Source: Candidatus Hydrogenedentota bacterium
GTDB lineage: Bacteria > Hydrogenedentota > Hydrogenedentia > Hydrogenedentales > SLHB01
Length of the DNA: 64,000 nucleotides
Reading direction: 5' to 3'
NCBI GenBank assembly: GCA_016209895.1
Contig: JACQVH010000109.1
Coordinates: 8,732-72,731, forward strand
Shown: in pieces, positions 46,460 through 54,637 of the stretch
How positions within the stretch are numbered: the first letter of the stretch is position 1
How the letters are laid out: every line of letters begins with the position of its first letter
The notes under the pieces: model-generated
Database searches by the model: none
What the model was told of the DNA's origin: nothing
What the model saw: the letters and a program-made list of their open reading frames with translations, nothing else
Program-made: the position numbers and the translations under genes

Positions 46460-47888
46460 CCCATCCCGTGCGTTGCCTGCGACCGAGATTGCGGTGGTTA
46501 CGGAAGATTCGCGACGCGTGGTTCCCGGATCAGTGTTTGTAGCAGCGCGCGGTATTCACGCCGATGGGCATGACTATGCCGCGGCCGCGGCACGAGCGGG
46601 CGCCGTCGCGGTGATCGGTGAACGTCCGGGCATCGCCAGTCTCGACGGTCTGCCTTATCTTTGCGTGCCTCATGCCCGAAAAGCGCTGGGCACGCTGGCT
46701 CACGCTTTGGCCGGAAATCCGACGGAGCGCATGACGGTCATCGGCGTCACCGGAACCAACGGAAAGTCCAGCACCGTCATCCTCGTCCACCACATCCTGA
46801 ACGCCTGCGGTCATTCCACGGCTTGTCTGGGCACCTTGGGCTATCGTATTGGGAGCGAACTGCTCGCCGCGCCTCATACGACGCCGTTCGGGGAGGACCT
46901 CGCAACTCTGTTTCGCCGGGCGGCCGATGCGCGCCACAGCCACGCCGTCATGGAAGTGAGCTCGCATGCCTTGGACCAGGAGCGCGTGGCGGGAATCGTG
47001 TTCAAGGTGGGTGCGTTCACGAACTTGACACAAGACCACCTGGACTACCACCAAAACATGGACGCGTATCGGCGCGCGAAGTTGCGCTTGTTCGAGGAAA
47101 TCGTCGGGCCGGAGCGATTCACCGTAGTGAATCGCGATGATGCGAGCGCAGACGCATTCATCAGCGCGTCGCAGGTGCCGTGCGTCACCTTCGGCGCGAA
47201 AGGCGACTGTCGCGCCACGCAAGTCCGCACCTCGACGCGCGGCGCCGAATTTCGGGCTGCCACGCCCTGGGGCGCCGCGGAAATCGCGTTGCCGCTCCTG
47301 GGGCGCCACAACGTTTCCAATGCGCTTTGCGCGATCGCGACTTGTGGAGGCCTGCGGGTATCGCTGGACGGTATTGCGGAGTCTCTCCGTTGCGCGCCGC
47401 CCGCGCCGGGCCGGTTTGAACATGTGGATACGGGACAGCCGTTCCAAGTCGTCGTAGACTATGCGCACACGGAAGACGGTCTTCGCAACGTGCTCCAGGC
47501 GGCGCGGGAGATTTGCAAAGGCCGCATCATCTGTGTCTTTGGCTGTGGCGGTGACCGCGATCGCTCCAAGCGTCCCAAAATGGCGGCGGTAGCGGCGGCT
47601 CTGGCCGATTTGAGCATTCTGACGTCGGACAATCCGCGCACGGAGGACCCGGAGCGAATTCTGCTCGACATCGAGACCGGAATGCAGCGCGTAGGCAAGA
47701 AGAAGAACATAGACTACCTAGTCTTTGTGAATCGCGCGGAAGCGATCCGGCGCGCGATTGACACCGCTCAGGCCGGCGACTTCGTGATGATTGCCGGAAA
47801 GGGCCACGAGGACTACCAAATTCTCGGAACGCAACGCATTCACTTTGATGACCGGGAGGTCGCGCGCGACGTTCTGGAGGGTCGCTAG
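46410..47888 (+). CDS. murE: UDP-N-acetylmuramoyl-L-alanyl-D-glutamate--2,6-diaminopimelate ligase MurE
   Basis: VIGVTGTNGKSST P-loop and a C-terminal DNPR motif (DNPRTEDP), indicating a meso-DAP-type enzyme. The start is ambiguous between 46374, 46410 and 46422. Confidence 0.9.
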   Translation: MDPIMKLCELPSLLGCDPSRALPATEIAVVTEDSRRVVPGSVFVAARGIHADGHDYAAAAARAGAVAVIGERPGIASLDGLPYLCVPHARKALGTLAHALAGNPTERMTVIGVTGTNGKSSTVILVHHILNACGHSTACLGTLGYRIGSELLAAPHTTPFGEDLATLFRRAADARHSHAVMEVSSHALDQERVAGIVFKVGAFTNLTQDHLDYHQNMDAYRRAKLRLFEEIVGPERFTVVNRDDASADAFISASQVPCVTFGAKGDCRATQVRTSTRGAEFRAATPWGAAEIALPLLGRHNVSNALCAIATCGGLRVSLDGIAESLRCAPPAPGRFEHVDTGQPFQVVVDYAHTEDGLRNVLQAAREICKGRIICVFGCGGDRDRSKRPKMAAVAAALADLSILTSDNPRTEDPERILLDIETGMQRVGKKKNIDYLVFVNRAEAIRRAIDTAQAGDFVMIAGKGHEDYQILGTQRIHFDDREVARDVLEGR

Positions 47889-47894
47889 GCCATT

Positions 47895-49241
47895 ATGAAC
47901 TGGAGTTACAGTCTGGCCGACTTAGCCAAGATTATCGGCGCCGAGCCCCCCGCGAAGTCCGTAGTGTTTCAGTCGATCTCTACCGATACTCGAACATTGT
48001 GCCCCGGCGATCTCTTCTTCGCCTTGAGCGGCGCACGATTCGACGGCGCGTCCTTTGTACCGGATGCGTTTGCAAAGGGTGCCTGCGCCGCGGTTTCGTC
48101 GCGACCATCGGAGAACGGCCCCGTCTTGGTAGTATCGGAGCCGTTGCGCGCGCTTCAGGTCTTTGCCGCACACCACCGGCGTCGGTGGAAGATACCGGTC
48201 CTCGCGATTACGGGATCGTGCGGGAAAACTATGAGCAAGGATTTAGTCGCCGCGGTCCTGAGTTCGAAGTACCGTGTTGTCAAGACACAGGGCAATCTCA
48301 ACAACGAGATCGGTTGTCCGCTCTCGTTGTTGCAATTGAATGGCGAAAGCCAGTTTGCCGTAATCGAAATGGGCGCCAATCACCTCGGCGAAGTGGCACG
48401 GCTCTGCGCCTTGGCGCGCCCCACGGAATCCGCGATAACGATGATTGCGCCGGCCCACCTTGAAGGGTTTGGCACGCTGGCGAATGTCGCCCGCGCAAAA
48501 GCTGAAATTGTCGAGAGCCTACCAGTTGACGGGACATTCTACGTCAATGCAGACGACCCTCGTTGCGTCGCGATCGGCCAGCGGTTCTCCGGCAAGAAGG
48601 TCCGGTTTGGTCATTCCGGCGAGGTCGTGCTCGAGGCGTGCGAATTTGTCTCGGCGGAGGAACTGCGACTACACGTGGCCCCGGTGGGCGAACTCCGATT
48701 ACCGCTTCAATCGCGAGCGCACGCTACCAATGTGCTCCTCGCGGTCGCGGTGGGGGTGAACCATGGTATCACGGAGTTTGAAGGTCCCCTGCGCGCGGCC
48801 GGCGCCGCCTCGACGCGGATGAAAGTGTTGCGCGTGGGGCCTCTGGAGATTCTTGACGATACCTACAATGCAAATCCCGCGAGCATGGCTGCCGCCCTGC
48901 ATGCGCTGATGGAACGTCCGGGTCACGGCACGCGAATCGCCGTGCTCGGTGACATGTGGGAACTCGGTGCCGCGGCCGGGGATTTACATCGGGACTTGGG
49001 TCGCCTTGCGGGCAAGCTGGGCGTTCAGCATCTGTTTGCGACGGGTCGCTACGCATGTGATACCATCGCCGGCGCCGGAGAGGTCTCTCTGGACCACGCC
49101 GAGATCGTATCGGACCATCAGACCGCCGCGAACGCCGTGCGCGCTGTGGCTCAGCCGGGGGATGTACTCCTGGTTAAAGGATCGCGGATCGCGCGCATGG
49201 AACAGGTCATCGCACAACTCAGAGAACTATACAGAGAATAA
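47895..49241 (+). CDS. murF: UDP-N-acetylmuramoyl-tripeptide--D-alanyl-D-alanine ligase MurF
   Basis: LAITGSCGKTMSKD P-loop and Mur ligase middle and C-terminal domains. Confidence 0.9.
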   Translation: MNWSYSLADLAKIIGAEPPAKSVVFQSISTDTRTLCPGDLFFALSGARFDGASFVPDAFAKGACAAVSSRPSENGPVLVVSEPLRALQVFAAHHRRRWKIPVLAITGSCGKTMSKDLVAAVLSSKYRVVKTQGNLNNEIGCPLSLLQLNGESQFAVIEMGANHLGEVARLCALARPTESAITMIAPAHLEGFGTLANVARAKAEIVESLPVDGTFYVNADDPRCVAIGQRFSGKKVRFGHSGEVVLEACEFVSAEELRLHVAPVGELRLPLQSRAHATNVLLAVAVGVNHGITEFEGPLRAAGAASTRMKVLRVGPLEILDDTYNANPASMAAALHALMERPGHGTRIAVLGDMWELGAAAGDLHRDLGRLAGKLGVQHLFATGRYACDTIAGAGEVSLDHAEIVSDHQTAANAVRAVAQPGDVLLVKGSRIARMEQVIAQLRELYRE

Positions 49242-50725
49242 TGCTCTATTACCTGGCAATAGTGTTGAAACCGCATATCAGCGCGTTCAACGTCTTTACT
49301 TATCATACGGTTCGCGCCGGCGGCGCGGCGTTTACCGCATTCTTGCTCTGCCTCATCATCGGCCCCGCTCTCATTCGCGGGTTGCAGCGGCTCAAGGTGG
49401 GACAATACATCCGCAAAGAATACGTCGAGGACTTGCATGCGCTGCATCAAGGGAAGAGCGGCACGCCGACCATGGGTGGAACGCTGATCCTATTGGCCAC
49501 GGTATTCAGCCTCCTATTGTGGGGCCGATTGAGCAATTCGTTGCTGGGGGTCGCGCTGCTGGTGCTCTGCGCGTTGGGCGCGGTCGGCTTTCTGGACGAC
49601 TACACGAAGCTCCGGCGAAAACACAATCGGGGTCTCAGCGCGAAAGCCAAGGTCATCGGACAAATGGTGGTCGGCTTGTGTCTGGGTCTGTATCTCCTGA
49701 ACGACCCGATCACGGTCGGCGCTCGCGAGTTTGGAACGGGCGACGTCGTGAACTGGTCAGCGTTCACAGACTCCCTGAAGCGTGCCGCGAGTTCCGAGAC
49801 CTCGGAACCGGATCAAATATTTTGGAAAGCGTTGCCGGGAAACGTCCAGGAACAGGTTCTGGTCGCCTCGACAGGTAACGACTTGGATGTCGCCGTGCGG
49901 GCGGAGCTTATCGAGTCCATTAACGAAGTGCTGAAGCTGCGCGATATCTTTGGCGAGAAAGTTTGGCGGGAAGCGAATCTCAACGGTGAGGCGCATAGCC
50001 TTTTGGCGAATGGCGTGTCCGGTCTTAAGGCGCGCGAAATTGTGCGGCTGAATCGTCTGGTGCTCGAAACTGCATTCCCCGACGCCATCGTGCGGAGCGC
50101 CCGCAACGTGCACACAAAATTGGAGGTGCCCGGGCTTAAGAACGTGCTCATCCCGCTGGGCGGGTTCTACGTCGTCTTCGTGATGCTTATCATTGTGGCC
50201 TCGTCGAACGCTGTGAACCTGACCGATGGTTTGGACGGACTGGCGATTGGGGCCTCCGTGATATCGCTGGTGGCCTACACCGGCATCGCCTATGTAGTCA
50301 GTCGGGCCGACTGGTCGCAATATCTCTTCCTGATCTATGTGCCGGAGGCGAGCGAATTGACCGTGTTCGGCGCGGCGTTGCTCGGCGCCGGACTCGGATT
50401 CCTGTGGTACAACTCGCATCCGGCGGAGGTCTTCATGGGGGACACCGGTTCCCTGGCCCTCGGCGGCGCGATCGGCGCCATGGCGATCCTTACCAAGCAG
50501 GAACTGCTGCTCGTGCTGGTGGGCGGATTGTTCGTGCTCGAAGCCGGCAGCGTGCTTCTCCAGGTAGCCTCGTTCAAGCTTCTGGGCAAGCGGGTCTTTC
50601 GCATGGCGCCGCTGCATCACCACTTTGAACTCCTGGGATGGTCCGAGAGCAAGGTCACGATCCGCTTCTGGATTCTGGCCATTCTATTCGCATTGATGAG
50701 TCTGGCTACCTTGAAATTGAGATGA
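49241..50725 (+). CDS. mraY: Phospho-N-acetylmuramoyl-pentapeptide transferase MraY, carrying a soluble insertion of about 130 aa in an inter-helix loop
   Basis: Conserved blocks are present (GTPTMGG, FLDDYTKL, NAVNLTDGLDGLA, FMGDTGSLALGG, HHHFEL). The protein is 494 aa against about 360 aa for typical MraY. The extra segment lies between LYLLNDPI and GGFYVVFV. Confidence 0.9.
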   Translation: MLYYLAIVLKPHISAFNVFTYHTVRAGGAAFTAFLLCLIIGPALIRGLQRLKVGQYIRKEYVEDLHALHQGKSGTPTMGGTLILLATVFSLLLWGRLSNSLLGVALLVLCALGAVGFLDDYTKLRRKHNRGLSAKAKVIGQMVVGLCLGLYLLNDPITVGAREFGTGDVVNWSAFTDSLKRAASSETSEPDQIFWKALPGNVQEQVLVASTGNDLDVAVRAELIESINEVLKLRDIFGEKVWREANLNGEAHSLLANGVSGLKAREIVRLNRLVLETAFPDAIVRSARNVHTKLEVPGLKNVLIPLGGFYVVFVMLIIVASSNAVNLTDGLDGLAIGASVISLVAYTGIAYVVSRADWSQYLFLIYVPEASELTVFGAALLGAGLGFLWYNSHPAEVFMGDTGSLALGGAIGAMAILTKQELLLVLVGGLFVLEAGSVLLQVASFKLLGKRVFRMAPLHHHFELLGWSESKVTIRFWILAILFALMSLATLKLR

Positions 50726-50742
50726 TTGATTTGGCGACGAGC

Positions 50743-52110
50743 ATGAAGACCGGTTCTATGATTGACCTACGCGGAAAAGCAGTCGCCGTAGTCGGATTAG
50801 GTCGCACCGCCTTGGCGCTGGTGCGATTGCTGTTGCGGGAGGGGGCGCGTCCGTTTGTGACGGATTGTGCGCCGCGGGAAAAGTTGGAAATTGGTTGTCG
50901 GGAACTGGAATTGCTCGGGGTGCCGTTCGAATGCGGAGGCCACACGGAACGGGCGTTCGATGGCGCGTCATTGATCATTCCGAGTCCGGGCGTGCCACTC
51001 GACCTGGCGCCGATTCGTCGCGCGCAGGAGCGAGGCGCCGAGGTGCTGGGCGAGATGGAGTACGCGTTCCGTTTCTGCCGGAGTCGTATTCTGGCCGTAA
51101 CGGGCACTAACGGCAAGACCACCACTACCGAGTTGCTCCGCGTCCTGATCGCGTCGTGCGGTCACAGTGTGCTCCTGGCCGGCAACAACGCGTTCCCATT
51201 CTCGGCCGCCGTACAAGCGAGTCCCGCGCCGGAATTCATCGTCCTCGAAGTGAGCAGCTATCAACTCGAGACCGTTCAAACGTTTCGGCCGTGGATCGGC
51301 GTGGTTTTGAATGTGACGCCCGACCATCTCGCGCGACATGGCTCCGTCGCCAATTATACCGGAGTGAAAGCCCGGCTGTTTGAGAGTATGGAAGCAGGAG
51401 ACACGGCCGTGTTGAATTACGACGATCCGCTGGTGCGGGACATGCCCGCGCCGAAGGCGATTGGGAAGCGGTGGTTCAGTCTCGAAACGAGACTTTCCTC
51501 CGGTCTTTGGGCGGACGGCACGAAAATTTATGAGGGCGAGAATGCCGTGGCGTTGGTTGCCGATAGCCCGTTGCGTGGCCGCCACAATTTACAGAACGTG
51601 TTGGCGACTTTGAGCATGATCCGAGCCGGCGAATTCGACTGGGAAAAGTCGCTGGCGGGACTTCGCGCGTTCCGCGGTGTGGAACATCGGATCGAATTCG
51701 TCGCCGAGATTCGGGGAACAGCGTTCTACAACGATTCCAAGTCTACAAACATTGACAGTCTGAAGGTTGCCTTGGAAAGTTTTGAAGTTCCGGTCATTTT
51801 AATCGCAGGCGGACGGGGCAAAGGAGCCGATTACCGCGTACTTCGCGATTTGGTGCGGAGCCGCGTGAAGCGGCTCATCGTGATCGGCGAAGATGCACCG
51901 AAGTTGGAGGCCGCGTTCGGCGATCTCGTAAGGACTGCGCGCGCTGAGGATATGGACGAAGCCGTCCGCGTGGCGTTCGATGTGGCCGTACCCAACGACG
52001 TGGTCCTACTTTCGCCGGCTTGCGCCAGCTTTGACATGTACGAGAATTTTGAGCACCGCGGCCGCGTGTTCAAGGCGGCCGTGGCGCGACGCCGAAAGGA
52101 GATATCATGA
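50743..52110 (+). CDS. murD: UDP-N-acetylmuramoylalanine--D-glutamate ligase MurD
   Basis: N-terminal Rossmann GLGRTALA and AVTGTNGKTTT P-loop. Confidence 0.9.
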   Translation: MKTGSMIDLRGKAVAVVGLGRTALALVRLLLREGARPFVTDCAPREKLEIGCRELELLGVPFECGGHTERAFDGASLIIPSPGVPLDLAPIRRAQERGAEVLGEMEYAFRFCRSRILAVTGTNGKTTTTELLRVLIASCGHSVLLAGNNAFPFSAAVQASPAPEFIVLEVSSYQLETVQTFRPWIGVVLNVTPDHLARHGSVANYTGVKARLFESMEAGDTAVLNYDDPLVRDMPAPKAIGKRWFSLETRLSSGLWADGTKIYEGENAVALVADSPLRGRHNLQNVLATLSMIRAGEFDWEKSLAGLRAFRGVEHRIEFVAEIRGTAFYNDSKSTNIDSLKVALESFEVPVILIAGGRGKGADYRVLRDLVRSRVKRLIVIGEDAPKLEAAFGDLVRTARAEDMDEAVRVAFDVAVPNDVVLLSPACASFDMYENFEHRGRVFKAAVARRRKEIS

Positions 52111-53246
52111 AACGCGACACGGTTTTGCTCATTAATGTGGTGTTGACGCTGACGCTCGTCGGCATTCTCACCGTGTACAGCGCAAGTACCGTCGGTACGA
52201 TGGCTGCCAACCGACTTAAGAATCCCGACGTCTTTTACTACTTGCGGCATCAATGCTTGTACGCGCTGGTCGGGCTGGTGTGTATGTTCTTCGCGGCACG
52301 CTTCGATTATCACTATTTTCAGAAGCCGGGAGTGTATCGCCTGTTGGCGCTGACTAGCTTATCGCTGCTCGGATTGGTATTTGTTCCGGGCATTGGAGTG
52401 GAAGTCGGCGGCGCGTCACGCTGGATTCAGCTGGCCGGGTTCCGGTTTCAGCCTTCCGAGCTGGCCAAGCTGGCGGTGATCGTGCTGTTGGCCGCGAAGC
52501 TGACCGAAAACCAGGAACAGATTACCACGTTTTGGCGGGGGTTCATTCCGCCGATGGCAGTGGTCGCGGTCTTCTTGACGGCGATACTCATAGAGCCGGA
52601 CCTGGGTGTGCCGGTGGTGCTGTGTTTGGTGGCCATGGTGATGGTCTATGTAGCGGGCGCGCGCGCCGTCTATCTCGTCGGGATTGGTCTCGCTGCGGTG
52701 GGCGGTGTGCTTGCCATGATCGTGACGACGCCATACCGCTGGCAACGGCTGATCGCCTATTTGAATCCGTGGGACTACCACGACGACAAAGGATTTCAGT
52801 TGATCCAGTCCCTGGCCGCGTTCGCATACGGGGCGGTCTGGGGTCGAGGACCGGGGGCGGGCGAACAGAAGTTGAGCTATCTGCCGTTCGCGCACACGGA
52901 CTTCATTTTCGCGGTGTGGGCCGAAGAGATGGGTCTGATCGGGACGATTGCGTTGGTCGCAGCTTTTATCGTGCTACTGGTGGTCGCCACGCGGATTGCC
53001 GTTTGCGCGCCGGACCTGTTTGGCAGTTTGCTGGCGGTCGGAATACTGGCATTGCTTTCCATTCAGACGGTAATTAATATGGCCGTGACCACGGGACTGC
53101 TTCCGACCAAGGGTCTGCCGTTGCCCTTTATCAGCGCCGGCGGTAGCGCGCTCATCGTCAACTTCACATTGGTCGGAATCCTTCTGAGTATCGGGCTGCG
53201 GGCTCGAGAACCGGAACGGCGCGGGCAGCCCGTCTTGGCCACCTAG
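52107..53246 (+). CDS. ftsW: Peptidoglycan glycosyltransferase FtsW (SEDS family)
   Basis: A 10-TM SEDS protein with FQPSELAKL and HTDFIFA motifs. Its start overlaps the murD stop. Confidence 0.9.
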   Translation: MKRDTVLLINVVLTLTLVGILTVYSASTVGTMAANRLKNPDVFYYLRHQCLYALVGLVCMFFAARFDYHYFQKPGVYRLLALTSLSLLGLVFVPGIGVEVGGASRWIQLAGFRFQPSELAKLAVIVLLAAKLTENQEQITTFWRGFIPPMAVVAVFLTAILIEPDLGVPVVLCLVAMVMVYVAGARAVYLVGIGLAAVGGVLAMIVTTPYRWQRLIAYLNPWDYHDDKGFQLIQSLAAFAYGAVWGRGPGAGEQKLSYLPFAHTDFIFAVWAEEMGLIGTIALVAAFIVLLVVATRIAVCAPDLFGSLLAVGILALLSIQTVINMAVTTGLLPTKGLPLPFISAGGSALIVNFTLVGILLSIGLRAREPERRGQPVLAT

Positions 53247-53300
53247 CTGGCGCGGTCACGGTGCGATAGCCCATCCCGTCAGGGGTCAGGGAATCACCTC

Positions 53301-54404
53301 ATGCGAATTATGATTACCGGCGGCGGAACGGGAGGCCATACCTCGCCGGCCGTCGCCATCCTCGAGGAATTGCAGCGGCGCGACCCGCAACTCCACGTGC
53401 AGTGGGTAGGACGGCGCGGCGGCTTGGAAGAGCGGATCGCCACGGGCCTGGCCGTGCCCTTTCGTTCCGTACCTGTCGAAGGCTGGCCGCGGAAACGGGC
53501 GTGGCGGCGGCTTTGGGTCGGGGCGAAGCTGGCAGTGGCCATAGTACGGAGCGGGATTTATCTCTGGAAGTTTCGGCCGCAAATCGTGGTCGGTGTCGGA
53601 GGCTACGTCTCACTGCCGCTGGTTTGGACCGCGCAACAGCGGAAGATTCCAACGATTCTCCATGAACAGAACAAGCGGCTCGGAATGGCGAACCGCGTAC
53701 TCGCGCCTCGGGCCGCGCGAGTACTACTCAGTTACCGCGACACCATTGGAGAGTATCCCGTCGAGAAGGCGCGAGTCGTGGGAAATCCTGTCCGCGCCGG
53801 ATTCGCCCATCCACTTCCAACGCACGAAGCCCGGAAGCAATTGGGCCTGGAAGAAACCATCGCGGTCGTGCTCGTGAGCGGCGGGAGTCAAGGCGCACAT
53901 ACGCTCAACCGGGCGGTCCAGGAATGTCTCCCACAACTTCAGCCGGAAGAAGTGCAAATTATCTGGGTCACCGGGCAAGCGGATTTTGCGGAAGCCCGCC
54001 GTACCACCGAAAGCGCGGCCGTGCGCACTCGGGCGTACGCCTTCACCGATCAAATGGCCGTGGCATGCGCCGCAGCCGACCTGCTCGTCTGCCGAGCCGG
54101 CGCCTCGACGACCGCCGAGATCGCCATGCTCGGCAAGCCATCCGTCCTGATTCCGTATCCCTACGCCACCGACAATCACCAGGAACAAAACGCCCGCGCC
54201 TTCGAGCAAGCAGGCGCAGCGCTGGTACTGTCCGACCAGGAGTGCAGTGGCACGCGTCTCCTGGAGATCGTGCGAGAATTGCTCGGCGCTACTGACCGAC
54301 TACGGCGAATGGGAGAAGCCGCGAACACCCTTGCCTACCCCAACGCCGCCGAAGCCATTGTGGATGAAATTCTTGACGTCGTCTTCGAAGAGTCGTCTCG
54401 GTAG
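53301..54404 (+). CDS. murG: Undecaprenyldiphospho-muramoylpentapeptide beta-N-acetylglucosaminyltransferase MurG
   Basis: MRIMITGGGTGGHTSPAVAI, a GT28 N-terminus, and a C-terminal motif (VLIPYPYATDNHQEQNA). Confidence 0.9.
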   Translation: MRIMITGGGTGGHTSPAVAILEELQRRDPQLHVQWVGRRGGLEERIATGLAVPFRSVPVEGWPRKRAWRRLWVGAKLAVAIVRSGIYLWKFRPQIVVGVGGYVSLPLVWTAQQRKIPTILHEQNKRLGMANRVLAPRAARVLLSYRDTIGEYPVEKARVVGNPVRAGFAHPLPTHEARKQLGLEETIAVVLVSGGSQGAHTLNRAVQECLPQLQPEEVQIIWVTGQADFAEARRTTESAAVRTRAYAFTDQMAVACAAADLLVCRAGASTTAEIAMLGKPSVLIPYPYATDNHQEQNARAFEQAGAALVLSDQECSGTRLLEIVRELLGATDRLRRMGEAANTLAYPNAAEAIVDEILDVVFEESSR

Positions 54405-54550
54405 TGGACTGAATCATCATGATGGCATGTTATCGCGTCCGGTGTTTCCTCCAAGAAGCCCGTCCCCCCCTGTCATGCCGAGCGAAGCCGAAACATCTTT
54501 TCCACCCAAACCCCCGCCCCCCTGTCATGCTGAGCGAAGCCGAAGCATCT

Positions 54551-54578
54551 CTCACACCCGAGGCCTTGGGTGTGTGAG
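54551..54578 (+). terminator. Hairpin (ctcacaccc-gaggcctt-gggtgtgtgag) after murG, between convergent genes; candidate intrinsic terminator
   Basis: A 9-bp GC-rich stem followed by tcttctatcg. It is preceded by two imperfect direct repeats of about 33 bp at 54463-54552. Confidence 0.35.
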
Positions 54579-54637
54579 ACTCTTCTATCGCGCCGCCTTA
54601 CAAAGCCTTTCCTGATTTCCTGGTTTCCTGATTCAAT

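Noticed and set aside
49757-50623. 288-aa minus-strand ORF inside mraY
   Set aside because: It is antisense to mraY, which contains every conserved catalytic block.
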